NCBI GenBank assembly: GCA_046483495.1
Contig: JAWODC010000056.1
Location: 1 to 18,831 of the forward strand
Length of the DNA: 18,831 nt
Reading direction: 5' to 3'
From: Desulfobacterales bacterium
Lineage (GTDB): Bacteria > Desulfobacterota > Desulfobacteria > Desulfobacterales > UBA5616
Within the stretch, counting starts at the first letter, position 1; every line of letters begins with the position of its first letter. Under the pieces are notes generated by a model. It made no database searches. It was given only the letters and a program-made list of their open reading frames with translations, and was not told the DNA's origin. Below are positions 9,501 through 18,014 of the stretch, piece after piece. A program made the translations under genes and the position numbers.

Positions 9501-11366
9501 CTAACGCGTGCTCTTATTCTTTATCGGCAATATCGCATTCTCGGGACAAATTTGGGCGCATACGGCGCAGCCGGCACACAGGGCCGGATCGATCCTTACC
9601 GCCTCCCCATCCAAATAAAACGCCGGACAGGCCAGTTCGTTGATGCACTTGCGGTGATTTTTGCATTTATCACTGACGTAAAACGGCCTCGCTTTCCGCT
9701 TATGAATGTTTTTGCCGTAAAGCGTGCAGAGTTCTCTGGAAATAATCACGGAAACGCCCTCGACGGCCAACGCCTCCCTTACCGTTTCGATGCTTTTTCT
9801 GACGCGATACGGTTGTATAACTGCTACATGGGGAACGCCCGCAGCTTTGACAATCGACTCGATGGAAACCTGCTGCAATGTATTTGGATTCAATTGGGCC
9901 GTATCCGCGCCCGGATGCGGTTGATGGCCGGTCATGGCGGTCGTGCCGTTATCTAAAATGACCAGGGTTAGATTGTGCCGATTGAAGACCGCATTGATCA
10001 GCCCGGGAATGCCGGAATGAAAAAACGTTGAATCACCGATAAAGGAAATCACCTTCTTGCCGGTGACTTTTGAAAAGCCGCATCCGGTGCCGAAAGAAGA
10101 GCCCATGCAAATCAAAAAATCACCCATCGAAAGCGGTGGGAAGAAGCCCAGTGTGTAACACCCGATATCGGTGGTGCACATATAGTCCAGATTTTCCGCC
10201 GCCTTTTTGACGGCATAAAATGTCGCCCGGTGGGAACATCCGGGGCACAGGCTCGGCGGACGCACCGGAAGCCGGGGAAGATCGTCCAGCTCGAGGCGGT
10301 TTTCGGCATCCTTCGGTATCGATTCAAAGTAGCCGGCGATTACGCGTTTGACCATGGCCGGGTCGAATTCGTACAATCGTGAAAAGAGCCCCTCCCCTTT
10401 TCCGGCAATAGAAAGCGTCAACCCCGCCTCCTGTGCGAACGCCTTGACCGCCTCTTCCATGTAGGGCTCCTGTTCTTCCACCACCAGCACTTTCTTGCAC
10501 GCGCGCAAAAAATCCTTGATCGTGTTTTCAGGCATGGGATGGGAGAACCCGATGCGGAGAATCCGAATGTCCGATTCGATGCCCAATTCCTTGACGGCAT
10601 CGGAAACATACAAATAGCTCACCCCGTTGCAGATGATGCCCAGATCTCCGGTACCCTCGACCCGGTTGATCGGCGATGCATCGCTCAATCGTTCGGCGCT
10701 TTTGATGTTTTCCAGCAGCTTTGCATGCAGGCTTCGTGAAACCGCCGGAACAGCAACATAATTGAACGGGTCCCGAACAAAGTCCCCGTGCGTGTTGCGC
10801 GGTGTAATGTCTCCCAGTTCGACGACTGCTGTCGAATGGTTGATGCGGGTGGTTGTCCTGTAAATAACCGGTTCATGGAGCTGTTCAGATACTTCGAAGG
10901 CATACCGGACCAGTTCCCGTGCCTCCGCGACGGATGAGGCTTCAACCATCGGCAGTCCCGACATCTTCGCGTAATAACGGTTATCCTGTTCATTCTGGCT
11001 CGAGAACATGAAAGGATCATCTGCACAGACGATCACCAGCCCCGCCTTTACCCCCAAATAGGCCAATGTCATCAGGGCGTCTGCGGCGACATTGAGTCCT
11101 ACATGCTTCATGATGCACATACTTCTCACACCGCTGTTGGCGGCGGCGGCCGCTACTTCGAGTGCAACCTTTTCATTGATGCTGTACTCAAAATACAGAT
11201 CCGTTTCTTTGGCGATATCGAAAAAATTCATCGATATCTCAGAGGAAGGCGTGCCGGGGTAAGTGGTAGCCATGGCCACACCGGCCTCTATGGCGCCCCT
11301 TGCTATCGATTCGTTGCCCAATAAAAACAATTTCTTCCCGGGGCTGTCGTCAAGCAGTCTATGCAT
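9501..11366 (-). CDS. iorA: Indolepyruvate:ferredoxin oxidoreductase alpha subunit
   Basis: LLGNESIARGA, YPGTPSSEI, NEKVALE, MKHVGLNVAAD, SSQNEQDNR, RPPSLCPGCSHR, DIGCYTLG, TPP motif GDSTFFHSG...LDN.TTAMTGHQP, C-terminal ferredoxin domain. Start moved to the ATG at 11366 (AAGGA SD). Confidence 0.96.
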   Translation of the reverse strand: MHRLLDDSPGKKLFLLGNESIARGAIEAGVAMATTYPGTPSSEISMNFFDIAKETDLYFEYSINEKVALEVAAAAANSGVRSMCIMKHVGLNVAADALMTLAYLGVKAGLVIVCADDPFMFSSQNEQDNRYYAKMSGLPMVEASSVAEARELVRYAFEVSEQLHEPVIYRTTTRINHSTAVVELGDITPRNTHGDFVRDPFNYVAVPAVSRSLHAKLLENIKSAERLSDASPINRVEGTGDLGIICNGVSYLYVSDAVKELGIESDIRILRIGFSHPMPENTIKDFLRACKKVLVVEEQEPYMEEAVKAFAQEAGLTLSIAGKGEGLFSRLYEFDPAMVKRVIAGYFESIPKDAENRLELDDLPRLPVRPPSLCPGCSHRATFYAVKKAAENLDYMCTTDIGCYTLGFFPPLSMGDFLICMGSSFGTGCGFSKVTGKKVISFIGDSTFFHSGIPGLINAVFNRHNLTLVILDNGTTAMTGHQPHPGADTAQLNPNTLQQVSIESIVKAAGVPHVAVIQPYRVRKSIETVREALAVEGVSVIISRELCTLYGKNIHKRKARPFYVSDKCKNHRKCINELACPAFYLDGEAVRIDPALCAGCAVCAQICPENAILPIKNKSTR

Positions 11367-11417
11367 GTGGTATATCCTTATGTGGTTGTGCAACGCTTGT
11401 TCAATATTAAGGCGCGT

Positions 11418-11445
11418 ATTATAGCAAGCCCTTTGCACGTGTAAA
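11418..11445 (-). promoter_or_regulatory. Putative sigma-70 promoter of iorAB
   Basis: Minus strand reads TTTACA-N16-TATAAT with an extended -10 (TGcTATAAT), about 50 nt upstream of the iorA ATG. Confidence 0.65.
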
Positions 11446-11474
11446 GCATTTTTTCCGGTGCCGTGTGAAAACGC

Positions 11475-11503
11475 TTTACAAAGAGGGGGCCTTGATTTAT
11501 AAC
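11475..11503 (+). promoter_or_regulatory. Putative sigma-70 promoter of rdgB
   Basis: TTTACA-N17-TATAAC, about 60 nt upstream of the rdgB GTG. Confidence 0.45.
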
Positions 11504-11561
11504 CAATAAAAACAGGTAATAATGAATACTATTCATTTGCTGTAAGATTTACGAGGTATTC

Positions 11562-12185
11562 GTGTCTGGAAAAGAAACCCTGGTAATTGCCTCGCGCAAT
11601 CAAGGGAAAATCGCCGAATTAAAAAAGCTGCTGAATGGATTTCCGGTTGATCTCAAAGATCTCAATGACTTCGGCCCAATTCCACCCGTGGAAGAAGACG
11701 GCTGCACGTTTGACGAGAATGCCTACAAAAAATCGTCCTTCACCGCACGCATTCTTGGTTTTCCAACCCTGGCGGATGATTCCGGGCTTCTGGTAAAGGC
11801 GTTGAATGGAGCCCCCGGTGTTCATTCCGCACGTTACGGCGGAATTCATGCGACAGACGAAGAGCGCTGCCTGAAGCTGCTCAGGGAAATGAACGGTGTT
11901 GAAGACCGGTCGGCAGCGTTTGAATGTGTGGTCTCCATTGCCGTTCCCAGCGGTCCCGCCTTGACATATGAAGGCCGTTGCAAAGGTGTCATCGCCCATC
12001 GTCCGGTGGGTGAAAACGGATTCGGCTATGATCCGATATTCTATTATCCACCTCTGAATAAAACATTTGCCCAGATGTCTTTCGAAGAAAAAAACGACGT
12101 CAGTCACCGGGGCAAAGTCCTGCGCGAAATTCAAGAGGAATTCGATAAAATATTAAAATGGATCCGGCGCCATATGCCGACTTAG
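11562..12185 (+). CDS. rdgB: XTP/dITP diphosphatase (RdgB/HAM1 family)
   Basis: IASRNQGKIAE, EEDG.TF.ENA..K, LADDSGL, GAPGVHSARY, GFGYDPIF, SHRG. GTG start with GAGGT SD. Confidence 0.97.
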   Translation: MSGKETLVIASRNQGKIAELKKLLNGFPVDLKDLNDFGPIPPVEEDGCTFDENAYKKSSFTARILGFPTLADDSGLLVKALNGAPGVHSARYGGIHATDEERCLKLLREMNGVEDRSAAFECVVSIAVPSGPALTYEGRCKGVIAHRPVGENGFGYDPIFYYPPLNKTFAQMSFEEKNDVSHRGKVLREIQEEFDKILKWIRRHMPT

Positions 12186-12254
12186 GCGATTGCCGCGCCT
12201 CGGTCGGGCATAAGACCGCTTCCACCAAACAATAGTGACAAGGAGCTTAATAAA

Positions 12255-14210
12255 ATGGAGGAGCAAAACGATCGATTCGATATCGCAAAAAAGATCGGCG
12301 GTGTTTTGTCCGTGGAACAGGCCATGGATGTTTTTAAAAGCAACCTGGACCCGGAGCATCTGTCACGGATCCGGAAAATTCAAAATGCGGATGTATTGAT
12401 TAAAATTGCCAACGCCATCGCATTGTGCCGACCCAAAAGCGTATACATAAATGCGGGTTTGGAAGAAGACCGTCAATTCATTCGAGAACTTGCCTTAAAA
12501 AAAGGCGAGGAATCGCCTTTGCCGATGAAACATCATACGATTCATTTCGATTTAAGGGAGGAGCAGGGGCGCATTATCGATCGGACATTTTATATCGTCA
12601 ATGCGGATGAATCGGTAAGTTCCCTTGCCAACAAAAAGTTAAGGGACGAGGCGCTTGTTGAAGTAAGGGAAAAGATGAGCGGCATCATGAAGGATATGAT
12701 CATGATTGTCGGATTTTATTCCAGGGGACCGGTAGACGCACCGGCATCGAACCCGGCATTGGAAATTACAAGTTCCGCCTATGTGGCCCATAGTGCCGAG
12801 CTTCTCTATCGAAATGCCTTTCATGCTTTCGACAGGGAGGTGGACCGCCGGGGGCATTTTTTCTCAAATATTCACAGCGAAGGACTGAACCGGCCCGAGG
12901 ATCTGCCGAATGCCCGTGTTTTTATGGACCGAAGGCACCGAACCACCTATAGTTTCAACTGCACCTATGCAGGCAATACCTTATTGCTCAAAAAGGGGAA
13001 TCACCGATTTGCGGTGGATATGGCGGTGTATGAAAACCGCGGCGCCAACATATCGGAACACATGTTCATTACCGGAATAGAAGGCAACGGCGGACGCATC
13101 ACATGGTGTGCCGGCGCCGCCCCGAGCGGGTGCGGAAAAACCACCACCGCCATGGCCGGACACCATTTTATCGGCGACGACCTTGCCCAGATGTGGATTG
13201 CAAAAGACGGTTCGATTCGCTCCATCAATCCGGAATGCGGCATCTTCGGCATCGTTGAAGATGTTAACTGGGAGGGTGATCCGAAATTGATGGAGGTCTT
13301 GAGAAATGAAAAAACCGAAGTGATCTGGTCAAATGTGCTCATCGACGAAAACGGCGTACCGCACTGGACCGGCGACGGCGAACCGATTCCTGAAAAGGGG
13401 ATAAACTTTCAGGGAGAATGGAAAAAGGGAATGACGGATCAAAAAGGGAATCCCATTCCTGTATCCCATCCCAACGCCCGATGCACCCTTTCCTCATCGG
13501 CTTTGGCAAACTATTCCACACGAGCCGAGGATCCGGCGGGTGTGGAAACGCGCATTATCACCTATAGCGGACGAGACAGCGATACCATGCCGCCCATCTG
13601 GGTGGCCAAAAACCCGGACCATGGGGTAGTCATCGGAGCCTGCATCGTATCGGCGGCAACCGCGACGGAAGTGGGCGCCACGGGCGTCAAGCGGGCACCC
13701 TGGGCCAATGCGCCTTTCATTCCCGGTTCATTGGGCGATTACATGGATGCCCAGTTTCAATTTTTCAACAACCCGCGCATCAACGGGGATAAACAGCCCG
13801 TGATCGCAGGCTTGAATTATTTTCTCACCCAGGAAGCCAGAGGAGGAACCGGCAAAAAGCTCCTCGGGGAAAAACGTGACGTAAAGGTGTGGATGGCGTG
13901 GCTCGAACGTATGGCCCGCGACGAAGTCTCCTTTATTCAGACCCCTATCGGGAAAATACCCCTCTATGATGATCTGAAAACACTATTTACGGCGATTCTT
14001 GACAAGGCATATCCGGAAGAGCTTTATCATAAGCAATTTTCCTTGTACCTGGATAAAATTTTGGCGCGAATCGATCTTCAGATGGAAGCCTATTCAAAGG
14101 AGTCCGATATTCCGAAGAGACTGTTCGAGGTACTGGCCGAACAGCGTGCCGGGCTGGTCGATCTCAAGGAAAAATTCGGCCCTGTTGTGCTGCCTTCCAA
14201 TCTGAGGTGA
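12255..14210 (+). CDS. pckG: Phosphoenolpyruvate carboxykinase (GTP-type family)
   Basis: EIT.SAYVAHS, YAGNTLLLKK, EHMFI, kinase-1a GAAPSGCGKTTTAM, IGDDLA, NPECGIFG, HPNAR, GRDSDT, NYFL. AAGGAG SD. Confidence 0.9.
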   Translation: MEEQNDRFDIAKKIGGVLSVEQAMDVFKSNLDPEHLSRIRKIQNADVLIKIANAIALCRPKSVYINAGLEEDRQFIRELALKKGEESPLPMKHHTIHFDLREEQGRIIDRTFYIVNADESVSSLANKKLRDEALVEVREKMSGIMKDMIMIVGFYSRGPVDAPASNPALEITSSAYVAHSAELLYRNAFHAFDREVDRRGHFFSNIHSEGLNRPEDLPNARVFMDRRHRTTYSFNCTYAGNTLLLKKGNHRFAVDMAVYENRGANISEHMFITGIEGNGGRITWCAGAAPSGCGKTTTAMAGHHFIGDDLAQMWIAKDGSIRSINPECGIFGIVEDVNWEGDPKLMEVLRNEKTEVIWSNVLIDENGVPHWTGDGEPIPEKGINFQGEWKKGMTDQKGNPIPVSHPNARCTLSSSALANYSTRAEDPAGVETRIITYSGRDSDTMPPIWVAKNPDHGVVIGACIVSAATATEVGATGVKRAPWANAPFIPGSLGDYMDAQFQFFNNPRINGDKQPVIAGLNYFLTQEARGGTGKKLLGEKRDVKVWMAWLERMARDEVSFIQTPIGKIPLYDDLKTLFTAILDKAYPEELYHKQFSLYLDKILARIDLQMEAYSKESDIPKRLFEVLAEQRAGLVDLKEKFGPVVLPSNLR

Positions 14211-14273
14211 TTATGTTTAATGCACTCTAAAAGCCGGTCCGCAAGCAGTAGGCGGCCAAAAACGTTCTGCAAC

Positions 14274-14316
14274 GGCATTCCGGTGAAACGCCTGTCGGGT
14301 TTCACCGGATTCTGCC
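14274..14316. other. Strong intergenic hairpin after pckG (stabiliser or non-canonical terminator)
   Basis: TCCGGTGAAAC (14279-14289) pairs perfectly with GTTTCACCGGA (14299-14309), extended by GGCA/TGCC. No adjacent U-tract. Confidence 0.55.
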
Positions 14317-14340
14317 AAAACCAATCCCTACGTATATAAT
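14312..14340 (+). promoter_or_regulatory. Possible sigma-70 promoter of ampG
   Basis: CTGCCA-N17-TATAAT; perfect -10, 4/6 match at -35. Confidence 0.4.
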
Positions 14341-14358
14341 CGAAAGCCTTGGGTTCCT

Positions 14359-15603
14359 TTGAAGCCGCTCATTCTGAAGGAAATATTTAACCGACGCATG
14401 CTCGTCGCCCTGCTGATGGGGTTTTCCTGCGGTCTGCCTCTGCTGTTGACGGTATCGGTTCTTCAGGCCTGGATGACGGAAGAAGGTGTCGATCTGACCG
14501 TCATCGGCTTTATGAACCTCGTTGGGCTGCCCTATGTTTTGAAATTTGTTTGGGCGCCATTTGCCGACCGATTTACCCTTCCCCTTTTCGGCCGACGCAG
14601 AGGATGGCTGCTCATCTTTCAGATCGCCTTGATGGCCGCCATCTATCTTCTCGGATCTATGGATCCGTCCAAAGATCCACTGCTGCTCGCCTTTTCGGCA
14701 TTTCTGGTAACCTTTTTCAGCGCTTCCCAGGATATTGTCGTGGATGCTTACCGTCGGGAGGATCTATCGGATGAAGAGCTGGGGTTAGGAGCCTCTCTCT
14801 ACATCAATGGATACCGGACGGGGATGCTGCTGGCCTCCGGCGGCGGACTGATTCTTGCCGATCACATTCCATTTTCATTGGTTTATTACATGATGGCTGC
14901 ATGCATGCTCCCCGGGATCATCACCACGTTATTGACGCCCGAGCCGGATGCCGCCGAAGGTGCCCCCAAATCCATGAGGGAAGCGGTTGTCGATCCGCTG
15001 CTTGAATTCTTCAGCCGAAAGAACGCGGTATGGATTTTGTTGTTTATCCTCTTTTACAAATTCGGCGATGCCATGGCCGGAGCGATAACCACCCCGTTTT
15101 ATCTGGATATCGGCTTTTCCAAATCGGAAATTGGTGCTGTTGTCAAACTGTTCGGATTCTGGGCTACCATTGGCGGCGGACTTGCCGGCGGTGTTCTTAT
15201 GCTCCGGCTGGGAATACGCCGCAGTCTCTGGATCTTTGGAATCTTTCAGGCCGTCTCCACGGCAGGATTTGCCGTTCTCGCACGCATCGGGCATGATACA
15301 GGTGCATTATCCGCCATTATCGCGTTCGAAAACCTGAGCAGCGGCATGGGTACGGCCGCCTTTGTCGCCTTCATGGCCAGCATCACCCATAAAAAATTCA
15401 CAGCCACGCAATATGCTTTGTTGAGCAGTCTCATGGGAGGGCCACGTGTGGTTGCCTCTGCCTTTACCGGCTACCTTGCCAAGCATACCGGATGGGAGAA
15501 TTTCTTTATTTTCTGTACCCTGATGGCCATTCCAGGATTACTGCTTCTGATCAAATACGTACCTTCCTCCCGTTTTACGCCACCGGCTGCCGGGAACCAT
15601 TAA
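14359..15603 (+). CDS. ampG: AmpG-family muropeptide MFS transporter
   Basis: GFSCGLPLLL, GLPYVLKFVWAP..DR, GRRRGW, SASQDIVVDAYR, YKFGDA, TATQYALLSSL; about 12 TM segments. Start uncertain (TTG 14359 or ATG 14398). Confidence 0.93.
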   Translation: MKPLILKEIFNRRMLVALLMGFSCGLPLLLTVSVLQAWMTEEGVDLTVIGFMNLVGLPYVLKFVWAPFADRFTLPLFGRRRGWLLIFQIALMAAIYLLGSMDPSKDPLLLAFSAFLVTFFSASQDIVVDAYRREDLSDEELGLGASLYINGYRTGMLLASGGGLILADHIPFSLVYYMMAACMLPGIITTLLTPEPDAAEGAPKSMREAVVDPLLEFFSRKNAVWILLFILFYKFGDAMAGAITTPFYLDIGFSKSEIGAVVKLFGFWATIGGGLAGGVLMLRLGIRRSLWIFGIFQAVSTAGFAVLARIGHDTGALSAIIAFENLSSGMGTAAFVAFMASITHKKFTATQYALLSSLMGGPRVVASAFTGYLAKHTGWENFFIFCTLMAIPGLLLLIKYVPSSRFTPPAAGNH

Positions 15604-15722
15604 AGCACGCGCCTCCGATAACGCGATCACACCGCCGGGCAAGATCCGGTTTGTGGGATTATGGTTTAAAATCATTCAGGTTTGCTGTATATTTATTTTT
15701 TATGTAGAGTGAATGGAGCATT

Positions 15723-17450
15723 ATGACGGACATCGAAAAAATCCCCGGTGATCTTGAACGCCGAAACCGGCTTGCCGATAAACGAAAGGACATCTTGTCG
15801 TCCCCGACCGAAGAAGTCCTGAACACGATCCTGGAATTTCCTCAACCCGCTGCACTGGTCCATTCCTTTCCTGAAGAAGATTTTTACCTGTTGATCCATG
15901 ATCTTGGACCGGAAGATGCCATGCCTCTTCTCTCGTTGGCGTCCGCCAGGCAATTGGATTTCATTTTAGACCATGAAATCTGGGAGAAGGACCGCATCGA
16001 CCCCGTTGCCGTGACAAAGTGGTTCGGCCTGATGATGAAGACAGAACCTGCACGCTTTCTCAGGTGGATGGTCCGGGAACGCATCGAACTGCTGGAATAT
16101 TTTCTGTTCCGCAATATCGAGGTGACTGTTCGTGAACATGATCAGGACCCTTCCGAATTCGGGGAAAATGTCATAAGTATTGATAATGTTTACTATTATC
16201 GAATACTCCCCGGGGTTAAGGAAGAAACGCAAGCTGAAGAAGCGACTCCGGAGGCAGGCGGCGACCGGGAGGATCTGGTGGAAACAATTATGGACACGCT
16301 GGCCTCCATCGATTTTTCAGTATACCGTAACATCCTTTTAGAATCCGTTCACGTACTGCCTGCCGAGGTGGAAGAAGAAGCATTTCGCCTTAGAAATATC
16401 CGTCTGGCGGAAAAGGGCTTTCTCCCCTTCGATGAAGCCGTTGGAATCTATCAACCCATTCCCCCGGAAAGAGTCGGTGCATTCGTTGATAAAAAGAAAT
16501 TTTTTTCAGAACGGATGATTTCTACCCCCGACATCCCGATGCGGCTTATGCCTGCCGACAACACCTTCTCCAGGGCGTTGGCGGAAATTTCCCTGGATGA
16601 CCGTATGGCAGCGCTTCAGACGGAATTCGCCGCCCTTTGCAATCAGCTGATCGTCGCCGATCAAAAAAAGATCAAAGAAAGAAAAATGCTAAGGGATGTT
16701 GTCAAAAAGGCATCCGGATTCATATCCATTGGGATTGATACACTGATACGAACCGGTGAACACCCCGACACGGCAATGGGAATAATCCTTAAATACCCGT
16801 TGGCCGATATTTTCAGGGTCGGGTACGGCCGGGTCATGGAACTGAAGCGAAAGGCTGAAAACTGGATACACGGCAGCTGGTTCTCCCGACAGGATCTCTC
16901 ATTGAATTTCTGGGGTGAAAAATGGCTGGGTATCCTGGGGGGCATGCTTATCAAACGGCCTCTTTTTTTTGATAATTACACAACCGGCGTCCTGTACAGG
17001 GAGTTCGAATCGCTTGCGGATCTGAAGAAATCCGAGAAAATATTAGAGGATATTATAGCATTCGACACCCTTCTCTCGGAGATGGACATAAGGATACCAC
17101 CATCCTTGCAACAAAGGGGAATAGTGTACTATGATAATCTGGTACTGACTTTATGGGCGAGGCAGGAGCTGGGCCTTTCCAATGAAGCGGCTTTTCTCAC
17201 GCTGGATCAGTTCCGCCGGTTTTACCAAACCCTTTGGCAGGAAAATGCAACCCCCCGAAAAACAGCGGAATCCGCCAAAACGTCTTTTTTGTCCTTCCTG
17301 GTCCGAAACACCGGGCGCAAAGCGGATGATATTGTCCGCCGGATGGGGCATATTCTTGAAAATATGTTCCGGGAAATTGAAGGGGAATTCGGCGATGTTG
17401 CTTCCGAACATCTCGATCCCCGATACATCCGCCTGTTTTTAGTAAAATGA
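15723..17450 (+). CDS. Conserved hypothetical protein, DUF6178-like
   Basis: 575-aa ORF with GGAG SD. Motifs LVHSFPEEDFYLLIHDLGPEDA, LD.EIWEKDR, E.EEEAFRLR..RLAEKGF.PFDEA..IY and FRVGYG resemble, from recall, a deltaproteobacterial DUF6178 family. Confidence 0.7.
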   Translation: MTDIEKIPGDLERRNRLADKRKDILSSPTEEVLNTILEFPQPAALVHSFPEEDFYLLIHDLGPEDAMPLLSLASARQLDFILDHEIWEKDRIDPVAVTKWFGLMMKTEPARFLRWMVRERIELLEYFLFRNIEVTVREHDQDPSEFGENVISIDNVYYYRILPGVKEETQAEEATPEAGGDREDLVETIMDTLASIDFSVYRNILLESVHVLPAEVEEEAFRLRNIRLAEKGFLPFDEAVGIYQPIPPERVGAFVDKKKFFSERMISTPDIPMRLMPADNTFSRALAEISLDDRMAALQTEFAALCNQLIVADQKKIKERKMLRDVVKKASGFISIGIDTLIRTGEHPDTAMGIILKYPLADIFRVGYGRVMELKRKAENWIHGSWFSRQDLSLNFWGEKWLGILGGMLIKRPLFFDNYTTGVLYREFESLADLKKSEKILEDIIAFDTLLSEMDIRIPPSLQQRGIVYYDNLVLTLWARQELGLSNEAAFLTLDQFRRFYQTLWQENATPRKTAESAKTSFLSFLVRNTGRKADDIVRRMGHILENMFREIEGEFGDVASEHLDPRYIRLFLVK

Positions 17451-17464
17451 TACGGAAACGGCTT

Positions 17465-17860
17465 CTATGGTGATTCCGGCATCGTGTACCCGGCCAATGC
17501 TCGGTAAAATGCACCAACCGACAATTCAGCGCAATGCATTGCATCCTCAGGTAGGATTTGAAGGTATTCTATCACCGTTTCCGGAGTGATTTCCCAAGCC
17601 TCATCCAGCATTTTGCCCTCATTTAATTCGGCTACGGCATTTGCACAGGCATTGGTATTCAGACACCCATCGGTTGAAAAGGAGATCGATTCAATACGAT
17701 TACCATCGATAATCACGAAAAACGCGATGGTGTCACCGCACCTTCCCGTTTTTTCCCCGTACGCGTCAGGGTTTTCCACGGTCCTGTGTCGATCCGTTCT
17801 AAGGGCCATCTCGAGATAGGTTTGAGAATGGTGAACACCTTCATCGGGATTTGCCGTCAA
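17465..17860 (-). CDS. IscU/NifU_N-like Fe-S cluster scaffold protein
   Basis: TGRCGDTI, DGCLNTNAC and HCAEL supply the three scaffold cysteines and the CGD aspartate. TTG start with AAAGGA SD. Confidence 0.85.
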   Translation of the reverse strand: MTANPDEGVHHSQTYLEMALRTDRHRTVENPDAYGEKTGRCGDTIAFFVIIDGNRIESISFSTDGCLNTNACANAVAELNEGKMLDEAWEITPETVIEYLQILPEDAMHCAELSVGAFYRALAGYTMPESP

Positions 17861-17889
17861 TCGTATGTCCTTTCATGCATTGCCGTTCA

Positions 17890-17919
17890 ATTTTACTCTG
17901 CCTACAAAACATTCATCAA
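17890..17919 (-). promoter_or_regulatory. Possible sigma-70 promoter of the IscU-like gene
   Basis: Minus strand TTGATG-N18-TAAAAT, between the terminator at 17929-17963 and the TTG start. Confidence 0.4.
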
Positions 17920-17928
17920 ATTCAACCC

Positions 17929-17963
17929 AAAGAAAACGGCTAACCGCATTCACGGTTAGCCGT
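17929..17963 (-). terminator. Rho-independent terminator
   Basis: Minus strand ACGGCTAACCG-tgaatg-CGGTTAGCCGT (perfect 11-bp stem) followed by TTTCTTT. Confidence 0.85.
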
Positions 17964-18004
17964 CGGAGAGGAGAAAAAAGATGAAGAAATATTTTGGTTT
18001 CGCA
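17929..18004 (-). ncRNA. Putative sigma-54-dependent small regulatory RNA (~76 nt)
   Basis: Bounded by a sigma-54 promoter (predicted +1 about 18004) and an intrinsic terminator. Carries a C/U-rich tract UUUCUUCAUCUUUUUUCUCCUCUCC with an anti-SD. No AUG-initiated ORF with an SD on this strand. Confidence 0.65.
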
Positions 18005-18014
18005 GTTAGTCTAT

